Of a stretch of DNA of 20,847 nt, positions 19,891 through 20,847 are shown in pieces. Both the position numbers and the translations under genes were made by a program. The notes beneath the pieces are model-generated. The model did not search any database. It was not told the origin of the DNA and saw only the letters and a list, made by a program, of their open reading frames with translations. Location of the stretch: assembly GCF_000143415.4 (NCBI RefSeq), contig NW_003314337.1, positions 1 through 20,847 on the forward strand, given 5' to 3'. This stretch comes from Selaginella moellendorffii (taxonomy: Eukaryota; Plantae; Lycopodiophyta). Every line of letters begins with the position of its first letter. Position 1 is the stretch's first letter.

Positions 19891-20847
19891 GGAGGATACC
19901 AGCCAATGGAAGCATTTGATCTCATGTGACAGGGGGCGACCTCTGTTTCGGATCCACGGCCAACATCTTAGAAAGGAGATCTTCTGCTGCAAACAAGCAA
20001 GGACCAATCAGGTTCAGGTTCGATCAGGTTCTGCAACACCCATGGATTTGTCAAAAATTGCAGCATTAAGACCGACAAGCTGTGAAGGAGTGGTGTGAAA
20101 AGGAGTGCTCCCGGCCTTGAGAACAAGAAAGTTCAAGTGGCTTAAAAGAAAATGCCAGCAGTAAGTTCCTATTTCCTTTTCACCATTACTAACTTCATTT
20201 GCTTGCGTTTTTCTTTTTTGTATTCTCCGGACATCAACATCTCTTATGTCTATGGCTGGAAAACATTTTCAGTGGCTGCCGAGAACAAATGCAGAATGAA
20301 AACAAGTTGGAACGAAAAGGAAAACGAGGGAGTTGAAATGTAAAGAAAGAATTGTAAAACGTTTATTGATATATAAATAAAGATCAAAGTTGAATCGAGA
20401 TCTTTCACTAATCATCCAATATATTTAAATGAAAGAGCCTCATTGATCATTGCAGTAGGTGGCTCTAATTTTATATATATCGCTCAGATGTAGTCTAAGA
20501 TTTATGTAATATCATAAATTTTCTAACATTTTTTCTTACATTGTAATTATACATGACAAAAATAATAACGTATAAATATCATTGAGACAACATTAGTACA
20601 AGAACCATCTAAAGAAATGTGATTCATCATCAATTGAACATTAATTATATTAAATCTATCTATATACCATTTATGAATTTTCTGGTATATTATATTTTTA
20701 GAATAAAGAAATTTTTTATATATCATTATTACCTCAGTATAGAGTAAAACCTTGCCATTCATTTATCATTATAAAATTTCATCCTTTATAATATTGTAAT
20801 AAAGCCTTAATTTTAAATATAAATCCATGAAAATAGAGAGATAATAA

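Larger units (their letters stand above)
9103..20490. mobile_element. Putative non-autonomous gene-capturing transposon complex (Helitron-like mosaic); boundaries tentative
   Basis: At least six unrelated, truncated gene fragments, most with introns retained; RPA70-like cargo; repeated hairpin+CTAG modules; a TC-preceded AT-rich 21-mer at 9111 and 20419. No Rep/helicase or transposase seen. Confidence 0.45.

Noticed and set aside
9103-20847. Autonomous transposon genes (Rep/PIF1 helicase, transposase, reverse transcriptase)
   Set aside because: No HUH, helicase, DDE or RT motifs were found in the readable sequence, and the gaps as sized are too small to hold them.

Overview
Eukaryotic draft-assembly window with three N gaps, from a compact-genome land plant with flagellated sperm. 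An axonemal dynein, plant-type enzyme genes and 44-61 nt introns best fit a lycophyte such as Selaginella (inference). Positions 1-8251 hold the 3' part of a DNAH6-like single-headed inner-arm dynein heavy chain gene (end of AAA1 to the C-terminus). It has 16 resolvable micro-introns (one GC-AG, one in-frame and stop-free) and one apparent +1 frameshift near 142. From about 9100 to 20500 there is no intact gene, only a mosaic of intron-retaining, truncated and disabled gene pieces: a kelch remnant fused to a purple acid phosphatase, a convergent acyl-activating enzyme, a divergent OB-fold/Zn-ribbon gene, a three-OB-domain RPA70 pseudogene, an internally deleted kelch gene and a dead kinase. 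These are interleaved with a ~96-bp hairpin+CTAG repeat, AT-rich spacers, palindromes and a repeated terminus-like 21-mer. The best reading is a non-autonomous, gene-capturing transposon complex, probably Helitron-like, although no Rep/helicase or canonical termini are visible.
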